The translations under genes were made by a program, and so were the position numbers. This document shows, one piece after another, positions 43,903-55,932 of a DNA stretch of 64,000 nucleotides. Source of the stretch: an uncultured Planctomycetaceae bacterium (GTDB lineage Bacteria; Planctomycetota; Planctomycetia; Planctomycetales; Planctomycetaceae); NCBI GenBank assembly GCA_963813715.1, contig CAWFAK010000017.1, forward strand, positions 608,001 through 672,000. The letters run 5' to 3'. Positions within the stretch are counted from its first letter, which is position 1; every line of letters starts with the position of its first letter. A model generated the notes under the pieces. The model was not told the origin of the DNA and searched no databases. It saw only the letters and a program-made list of their open reading frames with translations.

Positions 43903-45292
43903 TTAACGCGCGGCACTGACGGCGGCCGTCTGATGGGCGGCCGGCGCGGGGGCCGAGTCACGCGGTTTGAACTTGCCCAGCATCGTGTAGAGGTTGATCA
44001 AAGCGCGGTTCATAACCTGCTCGCCGGCGCCGACCTCCGCGGGCGAAACCGTGGCGTCGCCACCGTAGCCCCCTTCGGAGGCCGCCTCGATCGTGGGAAA
44101 ATACATGCTGTGCCCGTCGCAATACCCGAAGAAGAACGTGTGCGGCACGTAGGACCGCTGCTTCAGGCGATTGGAGTGATTGCAGAAGAACTCGCCCGAG
44201 GCGCCGACGAGGGCCACGTCGCCGTTGAGCAGGATCGTGTTGAGCTCAGTCGGCACGCCGTCGCGGAATTCCTCGACAAAGTTCCGCATGATCTCCGGGA
44301 AAAAGGCCCGCGAATAGGCGAGCAGCACGATTGGGCTGGTAAAGTCGGTCCGCGAGTGGAAGAGAAAGTCGTCGACTTTACCTTGAATCCGCGGGTGCGC
44401 GGGCTCTGTCGAGTGAGCCGACTTGGCCAACTCGACCACGACATCGCCGAGGTGCTCGCCGAACGCCTGCGGCCCGTGGTGCGCACCGGCGTTTACGCTC
44501 ATGTCGCCGGCCGCCCCCTGCATGAACAGGCAGTTGGTCTTGAGCAAATCCTCCACGCGCCGCTGCATAAAGCCGGGATAGTCGGCCGAGTATTTCATGA
44601 TCTTGGTGTCGGTCATCACGGCGTGCGCGGCGAAATTAACGAGCACGGCGATCGGCTTGCCGGCCGCGTCGTCGAACCGCAGCACGGCCAGCATCGGGTC
44701 GGTGGGCTTCGGCGTGTGCTTGGTGTGGCGATTGCGGTTGAGGTCGACGTCCCGCGTCGCGATTCCCAGGCGGCACGGCATGGCGTTCCGGTCGGCTGCC
44801 AGGATCGCCTCGATGATCAGGTCGGGGAGTTTTTTGCTGTAGGCGACCGCCTTGTCGAACTTGCCTTTGCCGAAGCCGGGACGGTCCGTGAGTTCGATCA
44901 CCGGTCCATGATGCGTATGGCTGCCGCTGATCAGCACATTGTCGATCTTGGCCTTTTCGGCGATCGCGCGGCGGATTTTCTCCATCATCGGCGCGGTCGG
45001 GCCGCGACCGAGATCCAAGCCGACGAGCGCGAGCTTGGAATCGCCTGCGCAGGATCACGACGGCCTTGGCCCACAACGTGTCGAGCGCCCCTTCTGAAAG
45101 AGCGTCGTGCCGGGCACCATAGCCCCACATCGGCAAGCCGGGGGGCGGCGTGATATCGCTCTTGCCAAATCCGGCGGTGAACTGATCGGTCGCCGGCTGA
45201 TCAGCGGCGGGCGAGGTCCGGAGCGGGACTGCGAGCGCCAGCGTGCAGGCAAAAACACAGCAGAGTGCCCTAGGCGAACGTCGTAGTATCAT
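43903..45292 (-). CDS. Neutral/alkaline ceramidase N-terminal-domain family hydrolase, exported (frameshift ~45050)
   Basis: DITPPPGLPMWGYGAR; SHTHHGP; VNFAAH; SADYPG; QGAAGD; GEFF; GYCDG..YFPT. Confidence 0.82.
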
Positions 45293-45469
45293 CGGTGAAT
45301 GTGCCTCTGAGCGGGAAGGGTGCAACGCGGCGGATCGCGGCATAAAATGACTGCCGCCTCGTTGATCGTGCAGCATCGGGCGAAAGAACGCAAGCGCACG
45401 GCGGGCGCTCGTCTCGAGCGGCAGGTCCGCGCAGAATTCAGCAGATAGCGACGGGTTCATTTCTCGAGC

Positions 45470-46358
45470 GTGGGAATGTCGAACGCGTCCGAAGAAACAC
45501 TGCATTGCATGGAAATCCTAGGGGGCAATCGCCGAGGCCCGACGGTTCGTGCACGCGCCCGGCGTCGATGTTTGGATCGACAGCCGCCCTTTGGACGCGG
45601 GCGCCGGCGGCGGCGACGTGCATTATGTGTCGACCTGTGGCGGCGGACAGGTGACACGATTGGCTCTGGCGGATGTTGCCGGCCACGGCGGATCGGTCGA
45701 CAGCCTGGCGGTCTTCTTGCGCAAGTTGATGCGCAAATACATCAACACGCTCAATCAAACCCGATTCGCCCAGGCTCTCAACAAAGAATTCGCGGTCGCG
45801 GCCGAGTCCGGCCGCTTTGCGACCGCCCTCTTACTCACCTACTTTACGCCGACCGGCCATTTGATTGTGTGCAACGCAGGGCACGGGCGGCCGCTCCGCT
45901 ACTCAGCCAGGCGGGACGCGTGGGAATCGCTCGACCTGGACAAAGCCGGCGATTGTTCCTCGGTCAAAACGTCGAAGGTCCGCTACCACTTCGAGCGAGT
46001 TGCCAACCTGCCGTTGGGCGTACTTGATCCGATCGAATACGAGCAGTTTGCAATCGACTTCGAGGGGGGTGACCTCGTGTTGCTCTACACGGACGCCGTC
46101 GTCGAAGGTGAGGATACCGGCGGACGCCAGCTCGGCGAAAGCGGCCTGCTGGCGCTCTTGGCGGAAGTGGGCTCAGTCGACATTCAGGACCTGGGCGAGC
46201 GCTTGCTCGAGGCACTGGCGGCACGCCGAGGTGCGCGACTCCCGGCGGATGACCAGACGTTGATCTTGCTCAAGCGGACGGACGCCCCGGCCCCTGGACT
46301 GGCTGTCCTGCGGACGGTCAGCACGGTGGCCAAGATGTTGGGGCTGCGCCGCGTCTGA
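45470..46358 (+). CDS. PP2C/SpoIIE-type serine phosphatase without sensor domain (frameshift ~45535)
   Basis: CMEILGGN; GGGDVHY; ADVAGHG; FATA; NAGH; NLPLG; LYTDAVVE; DDQTLI. Confidence 0.9.
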
Positions 46359-46382
46359 TAAAAGTACTCCGACGCCGTCGCT

Positions 46383-46715
46383 TCACTTCGACTCGGCATC
46401 GGGAAGCACTTCGACAAGCTGGTTTAGCCGGGTGACTTTGAGCACATCCCGCACGTGCTCGGAGGCGTTTTGAATCTGGATGTCGACGTTCGCCTTGCGA
46501 ATCGAGACCAGCAGCCCGAGGATGCCGCTGGCGAGAAAAGGAATCCCTTCGATGTCGAAGCGCACTACAATGCAGCCGGCCTTCGTCAGGATCGTCACAA
46601 GCTCGTCGCGGCACTGCTCGAAGCGCTCGAAATCGGTAACACCTTCAGGATTGACGCGGACGAGAGTCAACCGACCCGTCTCGCGGACCTGAAACACGTC
46701 TGAAATCCGGCTCAT
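46383..46715 (-). CDS. STAS-domain anti-sigma-factor antagonist
   Basis: 110 aa; FDIEGIPFLASGILGLLV...NASEHVRDVLKVTRL. Confidence 0.88.
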   Translation of the reverse strand: MSRISDVFQVRETGRLTLVRVNPEGVTDFERFEQCRDELVTILTKAGCIVVRFDIEGIPFLASGILGLLVSIRKANVDIQIQNASEHVRDVLKVTRLNQLVEVLPDAESK

Positions 46716-47463
46716 GGTTGCCTCGCGAATTCGGGATTCGGTCGTTGCTCGAGGGTTTCCAGCGCGTGAGTGTCGCGGCAGAGCAGGCCGTTGCGGCCGC
46801 CGAGTTTGACGGTAAACATCAGCGCGTCGGCCTGGGCGAGTAATTGCTCGGCGGTGGCGATCGAATCGGGGCTGGATTGGGCTGAGAGACCGATGCTGAA
46901 AGTCATCGGTCGGCCGCGCTCGCTCATTCGCAATTCGAGCCGGGCTTTCGCCTCCTCCAACAACCCCCGCGCCGAGGGCAGCGGAACGCCCGGCAGCAAA
47001 ATGCCGAACGCATCACCCCAGAGTCGGGCGACGGTTCCGTTCGGAGTGAGCTGTTTCCGCAAGATATCGGCCACCTCGATCAGGATCTCGTCGCCGACCT
47101 GGTGGCCGAACCGCTCGTTGACGCGCTTGAAATCATCGCAATCCAGTACTGCCAGGGCGACGGGGCGGCCGGACCGGGCGCAATCACGAAGGGCTCGTTG
47201 CGTGACCCGCGCGAAATAGGCGCGGCTACCCGCGCCGGTCAGCGCGTCCCGATCGGCTAGCTCGCGCCCCGCACCACCAGCGCCACAATCTCCCACCCAA
47301 AGACGACCAGGCAGAACAGGCTGTACCAGACGGCCTTCGCGGGCGAGAACCACCAATAGACAGTCAGCACGAAAGAAGCCGCGACGATGTCGATGAGCAA
47401 CACCGTCGCGGCGTGGTCTGCCAGCCCAGTCCGGGCGCGCTTCAGGATCGCGGCGGCGTACAT
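46712..47463 (-). CDS. Membrane-anchored GGDEF-domain protein with degenerate active site (frameshift between ~47260 and ~47350)
   Basis: Two N-terminal TM; DALTGAGSR; LDCDDFKRVNERFGHQVGDEIL; ARLWGDAF; TFSIG; ADALMF..K..GRN. Confidence 0.82.
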
Positions 47464-47507
47464 CGGTCTGTTCCGGTGAAATCCGTCCGATCCGTTCGAT
47501 GTCCGGC

Positions 47508-48881
47508 CTACGCGTATTCGCGGTGCTTGTTCATGCCGGGCATCGGGACCGGGTACTTGCCGTCCGCACCAGCTTGGAGCGGTGCCGACGAACCGCGAGT
47601 CAGGTGCTCCAGATCGGGCGCGAATTCGTGGTCGCTGTCCAGAATCTCGTCGTAGGTAACTTTCCGACCGATGTGGCACGACATGCGCCCCATCGCCGTC
47701 ACCAGGCTCGCCTGCGCTCCGCGTTCGACTTCGTTGTACGGGCGATCCTGCCGAATGGCGTCGACCAGGTCGTCCCATTCGACCTGGTACGGGTTCGGCT
47801 CGTGCTTGTCATAGTGCCAGTTCATATCGGCCGAAACAAGGTTTTGTCCCTTGTACGTGCGGCAATGTGCCGGGCTGTGCCCGTCGCGTGAAATCTGGGC
47901 TGAGCCCTTCGTGCCATGGGCGTAGCTGGCGAACTCACCGTCGGTCCCCAGCATGTAACGGCCGTCGAGCATCAGCTTGGCGCCGTCGGGGAACGTGTAT
48001 TCGACGGAGTAGACGTCGAAGTTCTGGTCGACGGCATCCATCCGGTAGTGCCGGCCGCCGTAACCCTTGGCGGAAATCGGGAAGGTGTCCTTCATCCAAC
48101 AGCACTCGTCGATGTTGTGGATCAGGAAGTCGCTATAGAGGCCACCGCTGGCCCACAAGAAGGCGTGGAACTTGCGAATCTGGTAGTCGAGCTCGCTCAT
48201 GTCGGCCGGGTGCGGCGGCACGAACGAATCGTAATTCCCCTGATGCACGCGGTAGGCCCGCATCAGCACGATGTCGCCGATCTTGCCGTCGCGAATGCGA
48301 TCATGCAGCTCCTTCCGCGCGACGCAGTGGCGACACATCAGACCCACTCCCACCTTGAGATTCTTCTTCATCGACTTTTCGCCGAGCGCCAGCATTCTTT
48401 TGCCGGTGGGGCCGTCGACGCAGACCGGCTTCTCCATAAAGACGTTGAGCCCCTTCTCGATTGCGTAGGTGAAATGGACCCAGCGAAACGCGGGAGGCGT
48501 CGCCAGAATCACAACGTCGCCCGGCTTGAGGCAGTCCATCGCCTTCTTGTAGGCGTCGAAGCCGACGAACTGCCGCTCCTTCGGGACGTCCACCTGCGAG
48601 GTGAATTTGTGCTTGATGCTGGGCAGGCTCTGGTTGAGGCGGTCCTCGAAGACGTCGGCCACTGCTACGAGCTTGATCGGCCCGTTCTTCACTCCCAGCG
48701 CGTCACAGGCGGCGCCCGTGCCCCGTCCGCCGCAGCCGACGAGCGCCAGGCGGATGGTGCTGTCCTGGGCCGCGAAGGCACGCGGGTTGATAGCGGCTGT
48801 GGCCAGTGCGGTCGCAGCGGCCACGCGGCCCGTAGTTTGAAGAAGTTCGCGGCGCGACACGGCTTCTTGGAATTCGCTCAC
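47508..48881 (-). CDS. Tat-exported Gfo/Idh/MocA oxidoreductase
   Basis: SRRELL Tat motif; ALVGCGGRGTGA; LATPPAFR; FMEKP; IHNIDE. Confidence 0.92.
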   Translation of the reverse strand: MSEFQEAVSRRELLQTTGRVAAATALATAAINPRAFAAQDSTIRLALVGCGGRGTGAACDALGVKNGPIKLVAVADVFEDRLNQSLPSIKHKFTSQVDVPKERQFVGFDAYKKAMDCLKPGDVVILATPPAFRWVHFTYAIEKGLNVFMEKPVCVDGPTGKRMLALGEKSMKKNLKVGVGLMCRHCVARKELHDRIRDGKIGDIVLMRAYRVHQGNYDSFVPPHPADMSELDYQIRKFHAFLWASGGLYSDFLIHNIDECCWMKDTFPISAKGYGGRHYRMDAVDQNFDVYSVEYTFPDGAKLMLDGRYMLGTDGEFASYAHGTKGSAQISRDGHSPAHCRTYKGQNLVSADMNWHYDKHEPNPYQVEWDDLVDAIRQDRPYNEVERGAQASLVTAMGRMSCHIGRKVTYDEILDSDHEFAPDLEHLTRGSSAPLQAGADGKYPVPMPGMNKHREYA

Positions 48882-49100
48882 GGATAATTCTCCGTTCGGT
48901 GGGAAGGATCGAATGGGGCGAGCTGGAATCGGAAACGCGGCACTCGGACGGTCGAGTCGCTTGGCTCTAGGTGGGACGGCGGCCCGAATCCGTCGGGAAC
49001 GCACGTCCTGAGTTTAACGCAGCCCGGGTGCGAATTGCAAAACAGGCGACGACGGGCACTAGCGGCGGCAAAGCGGTCACTTTCGACCGCAATTCGACGT

Positions 49101-51246
49101 TCAGGCAATCTCGAACGGCAGACCCTCGCGCAAACTGCGGACGGCCAGGAGCGATGCCAGCGTCGTCGCGCGGATTTCGTCCCAGGGAATCGGGGGCGGG
49201 CCGCCTTCACAGAGCGCCTCGGCAAAGGCCGCAATTTCGGCCGCATGTCCCTTATCCTGTCCACTCAGCTTGCGGCGGTGTGTGCGCCCGTTCTTGCACG
49301 TGGTGACCGTCCGAAAATCATCGATGACGGCGATCCGGCCGCCGCCGATGACTTCGATCCGCTCCTTGGGAAACGCCTTGTCACCGCCGGCGAGATAGGC
49401 GACGCTCGAAACGCTGCCGTTGGCATGGCGAAGCGTAATGAAACATTGATCGTCCGTAATCTCCGCCGCATGTCGCGAGCCGACCGACTCGGCGAACACT
49501 CGGACCGGCGGCGAGCCGACCAGGAAGGTGGCCAGATCAATGGCGTGACACGCTTCGCCGATGATGCGACCGCCCCCTTCGATCTCGTCCTGCACCCAGT
49601 GATCGACGGGAATTTGCCCCGCATTGAAGCGCACCGAAACCGTCAGCGGGACTGCAATCGCGGCGAAGAAATCGCGCGTCAGCCGGGCCGCGGCGGAAAA
49701 CCGCCGATTGAACCCCACCATCACCAACGGCGGGATTTCGCCGCTGCGTTCTCGGGCTTGCTCGATTTCGCTCAATTCCTCGACCGTGAGGCACAATGGC
49801 TTTTCGACGAACACCGCTTTGCCCGCGTCCAGTGCCCGCACCACGTGCCGCGCGTGCAGGTCGTGTCGCGTGACCGAAACGACGGCGTCAATGGCCGGGT
49901 TGTCGAAGACGGCGTCCTCGTCGGTCGTCGCCTGCTCAAACTCGAGGTTGCGCCCAGTGGCGACCGCCGACAAGCCGCCCGCCGTGCAGAGAGTGGCCAG
50001 TCGGAGGCGGCCGCAGTCACGAAGCGCCGGCAGCAACACGAGCCGCGCGAAATTGCCGGCTCCCAACACGCCAACGGCCGGCCGCTCGGACCGCTTCGTC
50101 GGCGCGAGACGCACGCTGCGCGCGGCGGGCGAATCGGGTTGCTCTTGCTGATAGTTCAACAAGCACACCGAGGTAGGGCTGCCCGGTGCCTTGGATCAGC
50201 TCATACGCGGCCGAGGCATTTTCGATGGCAAAGCGGTGCGTGATCAGCGGCCGCACGTCGAGCTTCCCGCGGGCCATCAGATCGAGCACGGCCTGAATAT
50301 TTCGTTGCTCGGTCCAGCGGACGTAGGGGGCAGGATAGTCGTGTCCGCGGTCCTCGTAGTTGGGATCGTAGCGTCCGGGGCCGTAAGAACAGGAAACAAC
50401 GAACTCGGCCTCCTTGAAATAAAACGGCCGGCGATCGAGCTCCAGGCCGACGACGCCGACGAGAACGATTCGTCCTTTCTTGCGGACCGCCGCCGCCGCC
50501 AGGTCGATCGGCGCGTTGGAAGAAGTGGATGCGGTGATCAAAACGGCATCGGCACCCAAGCCACCGGTCGCCGCCTCGATCTGGGCGGCGCGGAAATCGG
50601 GTCGTGCTCGTTCGGCCCCCATCTTGAGGGCCAGCTCGCATTTGGCGGAATCGGGATCGGTGCCGATCACGCGACAACCGGCCGCCGCGAGCAGCGAGAC
50701 GGCGATCTGGCCGATTAGCCCCAAGCCGATGACGAGCACAGTTTCGCCCAACTCGGAGTGGGCCAAACGCACTCCCTGAAGGGCGATCGCTCCAAGCACG
50801 GCAAAGGCCGCCTGGTCGAAGTCGACTTCTTCTGGAATCGTCGCGCATAAATGCTTGCCGACCGAAACGATGTCCGCATGCGGGCCGTTCGAGGCGACGC
50901 GGTCCCCCGGCTTGATGTTTTGCACGCCGGCTCCGCAGGCCAAGACGACGCCTGCCGAGCTGTAACCCATCGGCATGGGAGTATCGAGACGTTCGCGCAC
51001 CTGGCGGAGCGTCGTCAGCACGCCCTCGTTGCGGCACTTCTCCAACACACGGCGAACGAGATCGGGTCGTTGGCGGGCTTTGCCGAGGAGCGATTTTTTC
51101 GCCAGGTCGATCGCCATCCGCTCGGTGCCTGCCGAGATCACGGAAGCGACGTTGGCGATCAGCACTTCCCCCGGCTGCGCGAGGGGGGCCGGTATTTCGG
51201 CGACGACCAGCTTTCCGCTGCGGACGTCCTGAATGACTTGATGCAC
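49101..51246 (-). CDS. Bi-domain oxidoreductase: Zn-dependent ADH-like plus Gfo/Idh/MocA (frameshift ~50170)
   Basis: SVISAGTE; GYSSAG; GLGLIG; SCSYGPGRYD; RWTEQRN; then GAGNFA, TRHDLH, VEKPL, VGFNRRF, GGGRIIGEACH. Confidence 0.9.
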
Positions 51247-51812
51247 GTCGTGTGCCTGGCGGAGCGGCTCAACGAGCGAGCAGCGGTGTGATTCGCACCA
51301 AAGCTCGCCCCCCGCCGCGGGCACTCCGTTTGACCGAGCGGGCCCCAGGTCAATCGATTGAACCGCCACCTTTATATGAGATCGAGCCCGTTTCGGGAAT
51401 CAAAACGTCGTCTGACCGCCGGACCGATTCGACGGCGGGAGTCAGAATTCGAGTTCCGGATCACGCACGGCCGTGTGGCCAATTTGGGACGCCACACGTT
51501 TGTCATTTCTCAGACAACGAGCTCCGGCTCAAATCGGGCGATCCATTCATTGCCCGAAGATCGGCGGAAAAACTTTCCCAGAGCTCCCAGGCTGACTGCC
51601 AAACGAACAATCACGACCTAAGTGCGAATATTGCACTGGTTTGCAACTACGCCCCACGTCCATTTCGACTCAATCGACATTAGCGGTTTTGCCGATCGTA
51701 CTCACAGCACCGCTCGGGGTGACTTTGCCGGCAGCGCCCGCTGGCAATGGGGGTAGTTTGAGCGGTTCTTGCAGGCAGATGCCAAAACAAATCTGTGCTG
51801 GGTGGGGTGATT

Positions 51813-53499
51813 ATGCGGCTGGGTGCGCGACAAAACCGATATCTCGCGGGCTCGTGGAAACTGTGCAGCGTACTGGGTGCGATCGCGGCAGTCGCGGTCT
51901 CGACGAGTTCCGTAAGAGCTCAATCCGGCAGTAGCAGTCCGGCTCTGTCGGAGGCGCCTGCATTCGTCGACCTGACGGATGGTGCGACGTCGGCGGCACT
52001 CCCCGCTCCAATTTCAACGGCAGCCGGAACCGCCGTGCCCGCTCCAGCCGCCGCCGCGCCAGCCGATCCAGCCAATCTCGAACTTCGAGTCCGCGAACTC
52101 GAAGACGTCATTCGGCAGATGCAGGCGCAACAATCGCCGAACATCGCGGTCCCTGCGTCGGCGACAGCCCAGGATCCGCTTGCTCCTCCCGACAGTGCCT
52201 TGCCTCCCGAACCTGCGCCGGCGTTCAACCCGATCGGCAGTGAGGGGCAGGCGAACCAAATCATTTCGCAGTCTCTGGGGCCGGGCGGATTCGCCGGCTG
52301 GCGAGACAACGGAATTTACATCGAGTCGGGCGATAAGAATTTTCTCTTTCGCATCACCGGCCAGATTCAGGAAGACTACCGGGAGTTTCTGCGGACCAAG
52401 GACCGCACGGATATCGACACCTTCCTGCTGCGGCGGGCCCGTTTCGGTCTCGAGGCCACGCTCTACAAGTATTACGAGTTCCGCTTTCTCCCCGACTTCG
52501 GTCAGAACTCTCCGATCATTCAGGACGCCTATTTGAACGTCCATTATTGCGATGAGCTTCAGTTCGAGATCGGCCGCTTCAAGCAGCCGATCAGCTACGA
52601 ACAGCTGATTCAGGACCGGTACGTGCCGACGCTGGAACGCTCACTGATTGACCAGCTCGTCCCGGCGCGTGATCTCGGCGCCATGGTCCACGGTGAGAAT
52701 ATGTTCGCCAACCGGTTCGACTACGCCGCGTCGATCTCGAACGGCGAGATCAACGGCGACAACACCGACCTCAACAACCATAAGGATTTCGATGCCCGCA
52801 TTTCCGCGCGTCCGCTGAACGATCCGGACAATTACGAATGGCTGCGGTATTTTGGCATCGGCGTGTCGGGTGGCTTCGGCATCGAGCAGGAGCCGATCAA
52901 TCCGTCGACCTTGCGGACGCCGGACACGGTCCCGTTTTTGGTCTACAACTCGACGGTGCGGGCGAACGGCTTGCGGACGCGGCTCTGCCCGGAGCTAACG
53001 TACTTTTACGGTCCGTTTGGCTTCCTGGCACAGTACTACGACGAGCACCAGGACATGAGCCCGGTTGCCAGCGGTCACGGCTCAGGGATCGTCGAGGACG
53101 TGCCGATGACCGGCTACGTCTTCTCTGGGGACGGCCTTCCTGACGGGCGAAACTCGCACCACGTACAGCCAACAGATTGCCCCCGTGCGCAACTTCGATC
53201 CGCGACACCCCATCTCCTGCCCGGGCGCCTGGGAGTTGGTCGGCCGCGTCTCGCATTTGGACGTCGGCGACATTATCTACTCCAAAGGGATCGCCGACCT
53301 GGCCAATCCGGCGACGACGGCGAACGTCGCGACCGAATACACGTTGGGCTTCAACTGGTATTTCAACGCCTTCGTCCGCATGCAGTTCAACTACGAGCAC
53401 GACATGTTCAATCGCTCGGTGCTCCTGGGCAGCTCGACAGCGGCCAACGAGCTGCGCAGCCAGGACAGCCTGTTCACGCGGTTCCAGGTGATCTTCTAA
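51813..53499 (+). CDS. OprO/OprP-type phosphate-selective porin (frameshift ~53127)
   Basis: Signal peptide, coiled linker; FLLRRARFG; IQDAYLN; GRFKQP; ERSLI; GAWELVGR; GFNWYFN; C-terminal aromatic RFQVIF. Confidence 0.85.
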
Positions 53500-53550
53500 A
53501 ATAACGATGCCGGCATCGCGATTGCCCGACGAGCGCTCTGAACGACCGTC

Positions 53551-55240
53551 TCATCGAGCGATGGTCGGGCCCGTGTTAGCCGCCGTCTCGCCGTCGCTTC
53601 GCGTTCCGCGGCCCTCGAAGTAGCCGCTGAGCACGCGGACGCGGTACGCCTGATAGCCGCAAACCAGGCCGATCACCGCCAGTGCCGCGGCGTACAACAG
53701 CGTGTACTGCGGTTTGACGACCGGGTCGCGGCCGACCAGCACCAGCAAACCGTACGCCGTCAGACAGGCGATGGTCATAAACGTGACGAGCCGCACGCGG
53801 AAAAATAGCCCGGACGCTACGATTAACAGCGGATAGCCGATCAAAAGCGGACCGAGCGGATTGTCAGCGATATAGAGCATCGCCGTCAGCAGGTAGGCGT
53901 CGGCGAAGGCCCACAAGTAGCGGGGCCCATTTTTCTCACCGCTGCGCCGCAGCAGGAACTGGCACATGAGCGCCACGCCGGCCCAGGCGCCGAACAAGAG
54001 CATTACCACGAGGTGATAGGGCAGGTCGTAGCCGCTGATCATGTACTTGATCTGCACGATAAAGGCGCAGACGAAAATTGCCCCCAGATGCATCGCCAGC
54101 GTCGGTTCGCGCCGCGCCCAACGGAGCACCCGATGGACGACGCCCGCCGGCGTGACATCGAGCGGCTCGCCGCGGAGAAAATGCTCGAGGTCCGCGACCA
54201 GCGCGGCAGCTGACGGGTAACGTCGGCGCGGATCCTTTTCCAGGCACCGCAGGCAGACCAGCTCGAGCGCGATGCGGAATGTTGCGGTTGAGTTGTCGCG
54301 GCCGCGGCGGCTCGCCTTCGATCACTTCGAGCAGCGTGTCGATCGGGCTGGCGTTCTGAAACGGCGGCCGCCCGGTTAGCAACTCGAACAGGATCGCTCC
54401 CAGGCTATAAATGTCGCTCAGCGGCGAGTGGGCGGGCGCGTGACCTGTCGCCTGCTCGGGAGACATGTAGCCGATCGTCCCCACGATCAGGCCGGACTGA
54501 GTGTGCACGGAGTTGCCGCCCAAGGTTTTGGCCAGCCCGAAATCGGTGACGTAGGGCGTGCCGTCGGGGGCCAGCAAAATGTTCGATGGCTTGAGATCCC
54601 GGTGGATCATGTGGTGCTCGTGCAGGTACTGCACCGCCCGCGCGACGGCCGCCACGCATTCCGCGGCCCGCCCCGGGTCGAACGGCCCGCCCGCCAGCTC
54701 CTGGGCCAGCGAGCGGCCTTCGATGAAATCCATCGCGAAGAAATGCTGGCCGTGCACCTCTCCCGCTTCGTGGATGCCGACGATGTTCGGATGTCGCAGG
54801 CTGCCAGCGGCGCGGGCCTCGGCGTAGAAGCGGCGGACGTCGTCCGGGGAAGCGAGCCGGCTCGACAGAATCATCTTGAGCGCGACGGAGCGATCGAGGT
54901 CGGTTTGATGGGCCCGATAGACAACGCCCATTCCGCCTCGGCCGATTTCTTCGAGCAATTGGTATTTGCCGAACGGCTGCGGAGTCATTTCCGTAACGGC
55001 GGGCACACGTTCGGATGAGGCGGCGTCCACCGCCGTGCGGTCGGGCGCCAGCCGATCCAGCAGTTCCAGGTACCGCATCCACTTGGCCAAGGCCGGATTG
55101 CCGTCGATCATCACGCTCCGCGAAAGCAGATCGCCCTGATGCAGCGAGCTCATGTAGTGCTCGAGCATGGCGAAGAGCGCGGCATCGTCCGGCGATAACG
55201 CTTCGTCGGGCGCGGGATCGGAGACGGGTTCGCGTGTCAT
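53551..55240 (-). CDS. Hanks-type Ser/Thr protein kinase with C-terminal multi-TM domain (frameshift ~54275)
   Basis: IGRGGMGVVY; VALK; HRDLKPSN; DFGLAK; GTIGYMSPEQ; DIYSLG; C-terminal hydrophobic helices in ORF 53551-54129. Confidence 0.93.
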
Positions 55241-55872
55241 GGCTCGAGGCTTTCATGCAGCTTCTTCAAGGCCCGCATCCACAACATTTGCACAGCCGGG
55301 CGCGAGCGTCCCATCCGCTCGGCAATTTCGTCGAACGGCAGCCGTTCCAGGTTGCGGAGGATGATGACCTCCTGATAGTCGGGTGGCAGCTGGCCGACGG
55401 CGTGGGAGATTTCCATCTGCTCTTCTGAGCGGAGCACAATCTGGCTGGGGGTTTGGCCGGGGTCGCTGGGATCGCGCGTCGGCCCGCTGGAGTCGTTGTT
55501 GCGGGGCGCATCGAGCGAAACCTCGCGGCCGGCCTTGCGCCGCTGGGCCATTCCATAGCGACGGACGAAGTCGGCCGCATTGTGGTGCACGATCTGCTTG
55601 AGCCAGGCGAGCCATTCGCCGTCGGTCGTGCCGCGGAATTGATCGAGCGCGCGATGCGCTTCCAGCAGCGATTGCTGCACGAGGTCGGAGTGATCGACCT
55701 TGGCCTGGAGCCAGCTGCCGACTTGCGCCCGGGCGATCAAGCTGACGTAGGCCCGGCAGTGCTCGAACAGCTCGTTTCGGGCATCACGGTCGCCTTGGCG
55801 GGCCCGCTCCAAGAGGGGAACGAGCGGATCGACGGGAAAGGCGTCGGAATCGTTCGTGCTGGTCTGATTCAT
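55237..55872 (-). CDS. Planctomycete-type ECF sigma-70 factor, kinase-associated
   Basis: LLERARQGD; KVDHSDLVQQSLLEAH..FRGTT..WLAWL; TPSQ; LPPDYQEVIILRNLERLPFDEIAERMGRS; ATGA overlap with the kinase. Confidence 0.93.
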   Translation of the reverse strand: MNQTSTNDSDAFPVDPLVPLLERARQGDRDARNELFEHCRAYVSLIARAQVGSWLQAKVDHSDLVQQSLLEAHRALDQFRGTTDGEWLAWLKQIVHHNAADFVRRYGMAQRRKAGREVSLDAPRNNDSSGPTRDPSDPGQTPSQIVLRSEEQMEISHAVGQLPPDYQEVIILRNLERLPFDEIAERMGRSRPAVQMLWMRALKKLHESLEP

Positions 55873-55932
55873 GAGCACCGATTCCGGCCACCTAGGTCGC
55901 GGGCACCGCCAGCAAGGACTCGCCCGCGCTTG

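Noticed and set aside
37512..45153. Long antisense ORFs (e.g. 37512-40037, 41151-42575, 43045-45153; likewise 18993-20630, 27711-29324, 32923-34713)
   Set aside because: They are shadows of real genes on the opposite strand, as expected in high-GC DNA, and show no motifs
51631..51646. Sigma54 promoter upstream of the porin (TTGCAC-TGGT-TTGCAA)
   Set aside because: It lacks the invariant GG at -24; at most a weak dyad
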